Shown here one piece after another: positions 61,653 to 64,000 of a stretch of 64,000 nt of DNA. Source of the stretch: Gemmatimonadaceae bacterium. Its GTDB lineage: Bacteria > Gemmatimonadota > Gemmatimonadetes > Gemmatimonadales > Gemmatimonadaceae. The DNA is taken from NCBI GenBank assembly GCA_045803545.1, contig JBJMOW010000006.1, forward strand, positions 128,001 to 192,000, read 5' to 3'. Each line of letters opens with the position of its first letter. Positions within the stretch are counted from its first letter, which is position 1. A program made the position numbers and the translations under genes. The notes beneath the pieces were generated by a model, which worked only from the letters and a program-made list of their open reading frames with translations, made no database searches and was not told the DNA's origin.

Positions 61653-64000
61653 TTAGAATCCCATCCTGACACCGAAGTTCACGCCGCGGGGAATGGGGAA
61701 GTTGCCGAAGTCGATGCCTGCACCTCCGGATCCTCCAACTGCCGCACTGTTGCCGTTCACAATCGGATCAAGCCCTTTGTAGTTGGTCCATAGCGCCAGG
61801 TCGGTGCCCTTGACGAACACGCTCGCGTTACGCGTGCCGAGGAAACCGTTTGGCAGCAGATAACTAAGCTGGATGTCTCTCAATCTCAGCCAGTTGATGT
61901 TCTTTTCGATGAAAAGTTCTTCGCTTATCAGACGGTAGTAGTCCGTCTGCACGCTGGGAACGACGACGATGTTATTGATCGTCGGGTTCGCCGAGTCTTC
62001 CCTTCCGTCACGCAACACGCCCTTGATGACTCGGGGCTGGTCGCGATCGAGAGTTTCGGTGCTGAGACCTCTCGCGGTCAGATAGTGCTCGGTGGCGTTG
62101 AAGATGTCGCCGCCTCTGCGAATATCGAGCAGGAAGTCGAGGCTCAGTCGGTTCTTTCTGAAAGTGTTGGTGATACCAACGTTGTACTTCGGCTGACGAT
62201 CGTAGCCGTTGTCGATGAACGAAGTCGAGCGAATCGGCAGGCCGGTCGACGGATCGATGAGCAGATCGCCGTTCTTGTTGCGCAGGTAGAACAAGCCGGT
62301 AAGCGACATTGTCGACAGGCCGGGCATGGTGCCGTTTCGCACGTTTCCGTACAGCCACGTATCCGACACGTAGGACTCAGGCAGTGCGTGTGGCAGCGAC
62401 ACGACCACGCCACGTGCGTGCGAATAGTTCGCCTGGAAGTCCCATGAGAAGCCTGCGGATTGAATGGGGGTGCCACGGAGGGTGAACTCAACGCCCTTAT
62501 TTCTCGTCGCCGCGCCATTCAGGTTGAACAGAATGAATCCAGTGCCGTAACTGCCACGGATGTCGTTTACGATCTGATCGAGGGTCTGCTTGCGATAGAC
62601 CGTCGCGTCGAGTCCCAGGCGATCCTGAAGGAAGCTCAGCTCGACACCGAACTCGCGCGATCTCGCGAATTCCGGCTTCAGATCGAGGTTCGGGCCCCAG
62701 AAGTCATAACCATAACCACCGTACGCCGTGGTCTTGTACTGCAACGCAGGGCGGTATGCGTACGGTCTCGCGTCCTTACCCACTGAGGCGACGGCTGCTC
62801 TCAGCTTGCCAGTCATGAAATGACGAATGCTCGGGAACGCGTCCGAAAAAATGAAGCTCGACGAGAACGAAGGGTAGAAGAACGAGTTACGTCCCTTCGG
62901 AATCGTCGACGTCCAGTCGTTACGACCGGTGGCGTTGAAGAAAAGGTAATCCTTCCAGTTCAGCGTCAGCTGTCCGAACGCACCGACCAGACGGCGCTGC
63001 TCGATGGTGGTCTTGCTCGTCCTCAGGTTGGTGTTGTTGATCGAGACGAAGTTTGGATCGAGGAAATCTCTTCCCGTCGCCGCGTCCGTAGTCGCCTTGT
63101 AGTCAGAGATGGAATTGCCGAGAAGTCCGCTGACAGAAAGGCTGTTGGTGAACGGGTGCGGGTTGAAGTTGAGCAGGGTCTGCACGTTGGTGTTTCGCTG
63201 AATTAAATCGGCGAGGTCGAGGAGTCCGTTGTAGTTGGCCCCAACAACGCTCTCCGGATTGCGCAGTAGTAGATTCGAATTCGCATAGGCATCGGTACCG
63301 ATGTTGGACTTCAGATTCGCCCACGAAACGGGCGTCAGCGTGATTCCCACATTGGCGATGATGCGATTGTTCTTCGAATTGATCGCATTCTTCGCGACGT
63401 TGAAGTACGGATTGTCGACTTCGGTTCCCGCCGCCAGTCCGCTAACGCCCGGTAGCGACGAACCGATTGTGACGAGCCTGCGCCGGGTCCCGGACGCCGT
63501 GAGGAAGTTTGTGGCGTCGTCGGTCTGGGGCCAGGTCATCAATCCCATCAGAGGGCCGATTTCGCCCTTGTACACCTGATCGTTGGTGTCCGTTATGTAC
63601 GACATCGACAGATCGGTATTCAACCACGGAAGGATCTGCGCCTGTGACGCGCCCGTGACGTTGACACGACTGTAGTCGGAACTGGGAACTACGCCTTGCT
63701 GCTTGTCGAACGAAGTCGCCAGGCGGTAGTTGATCTTGTCGTCTGCGGTTGCACCGCTAAATGCGAAGTTGTTGGTCGCCGTTTTACCGGTTCGCAGGAA
63801 CCCCCCGATGTTGTCATAAAACTTGGTGTCGGCCGCGTACGGTGCGCCGAAATACGCGAACGAGTTTGTCGCGGCGAATGGACTCGACAGAATTCCACTC
63901 GGTCCCCAGATCTTCTGCAGCTCCGGCTTCGCTCTCGTTGATTCGAAGCGGAAGCTGTTGCTGTACTGGAAGCCGCCACCCTGTCTGCCACGCTTGCTCG
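61653..64000 (-). CDS. SusC/RagA TonB-dependent outer-membrane transporter (5' end outside the window)
   Basis: Frame stays open to the window end (SKRG plug-end motif); GRNDWTS, FFYPS, NLDLKPE, terminal Phe. Confidence 0.93.
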   Translation of the reverse strand, partial: SKRGRQGGGFQYSNSFRFESTRAKPELQKIWGPSGILSSPFAATNSFAYFGAPYAADTKFYDNIGGFLRTGKTATNNFAFSGATADDKINYRLATSFDKQQGVVPSSDYSRVNVTGASQAQILPWLNTDLSMSYITDTNDQVYKGEIGPLMGLMTWPQTDDATNFLTASGTRRRLVTIGSSLPGVSGLAAGTEVDNPYFNVAKNAINSKNNRIIANVGITLTPVSWANLKSNIGTDAYANSNLLLRNPESVVGANYNGLLDLADLIQRNTNVQTLLNFNPHPFTNSLSVSGLLGNSISDYKATTDAATGRDFLDPNFVSINNTNLRTSKTTIEQRRLVGAFGQLTLNWKDYLFFNATGRNDWTSTIPKGRNSFFYPSFSSSFIFSDAFPSIRHFMTGKLRAAVASVGKDARPYAYRPALQYKTTAYGGYGYDFWGPNLDLKPEFARSREFGVELSFLQDRLGLDATVYRKQTLDQIVNDIRGSYGTGFILFNLNGAATRNKGVEFTLRGTPIQSAGFSWDFQANYSHARGVVVSLPHALPESYVSDTWLYGNVRNGTMPGLSTMSLTGLFYLRNKNGDLLIDPSTGLPIRSTSFIDNGYDRQPKYNVGITNTFRKNRLSLDFLLDIRRGGDIFNATEHYLTARGLSTETLDRDQPRVIKGVLRDGREDSANPTINNIVVVPSVQTDYYRLISEELFIEKNINWLRLRDIQLSYLLPNGFLGTRNASVFVKGTDLALWTNYKGLDPIVNGNSAAVGGSGGAGIDFGNFPIPRGVNFGVRMGF

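Overview
GC-rich, densely coding bacterial chromosomal segment. The gene set (SusC/SusD/DUF4397, tandem BlaI-M56 pairs, many secreted lipoproteins) suggests Gemmatimonadota, but this is inference. About 60 CDS are supported, including partial ppc, GH18, two GH3, GH2, PIG-L and ChbG deacetylases, two BlaI/M56 modules, pdp, a REC plus REC-GGDEF pair, ligA, a ParA-family ATPase, cysK, an AAC(6')-like GNAT, LigD and a partial SusC. No rRNA, tRNA, CRISPR array, transposase or reverse transcriptase was recognised. The most unusual structure is a ~820-bp element (26227-27045) in which a four-helix-bundle (23S-IVS/Avd-like) gene sits in the loop of 133-bp inverted arms that include four 18-bp repeat units each. 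All six transition differences between the arms read as G-U pairs on the sense strand, and the element's ends coincide with the stop codons of both flanking convergent genes. A gene-less sibling of the same repeat family lies at 33645-33861. Other notable items are two different palindromic operators for the two BlaI paralogues (one recurring exactly upstream of a secreted HEAT protein that mirrors its sensor), and a deacetylase / APC permease / exo-beta-glucosaminidase operon. All calls come from motif recognition by eye; no database searches were run.
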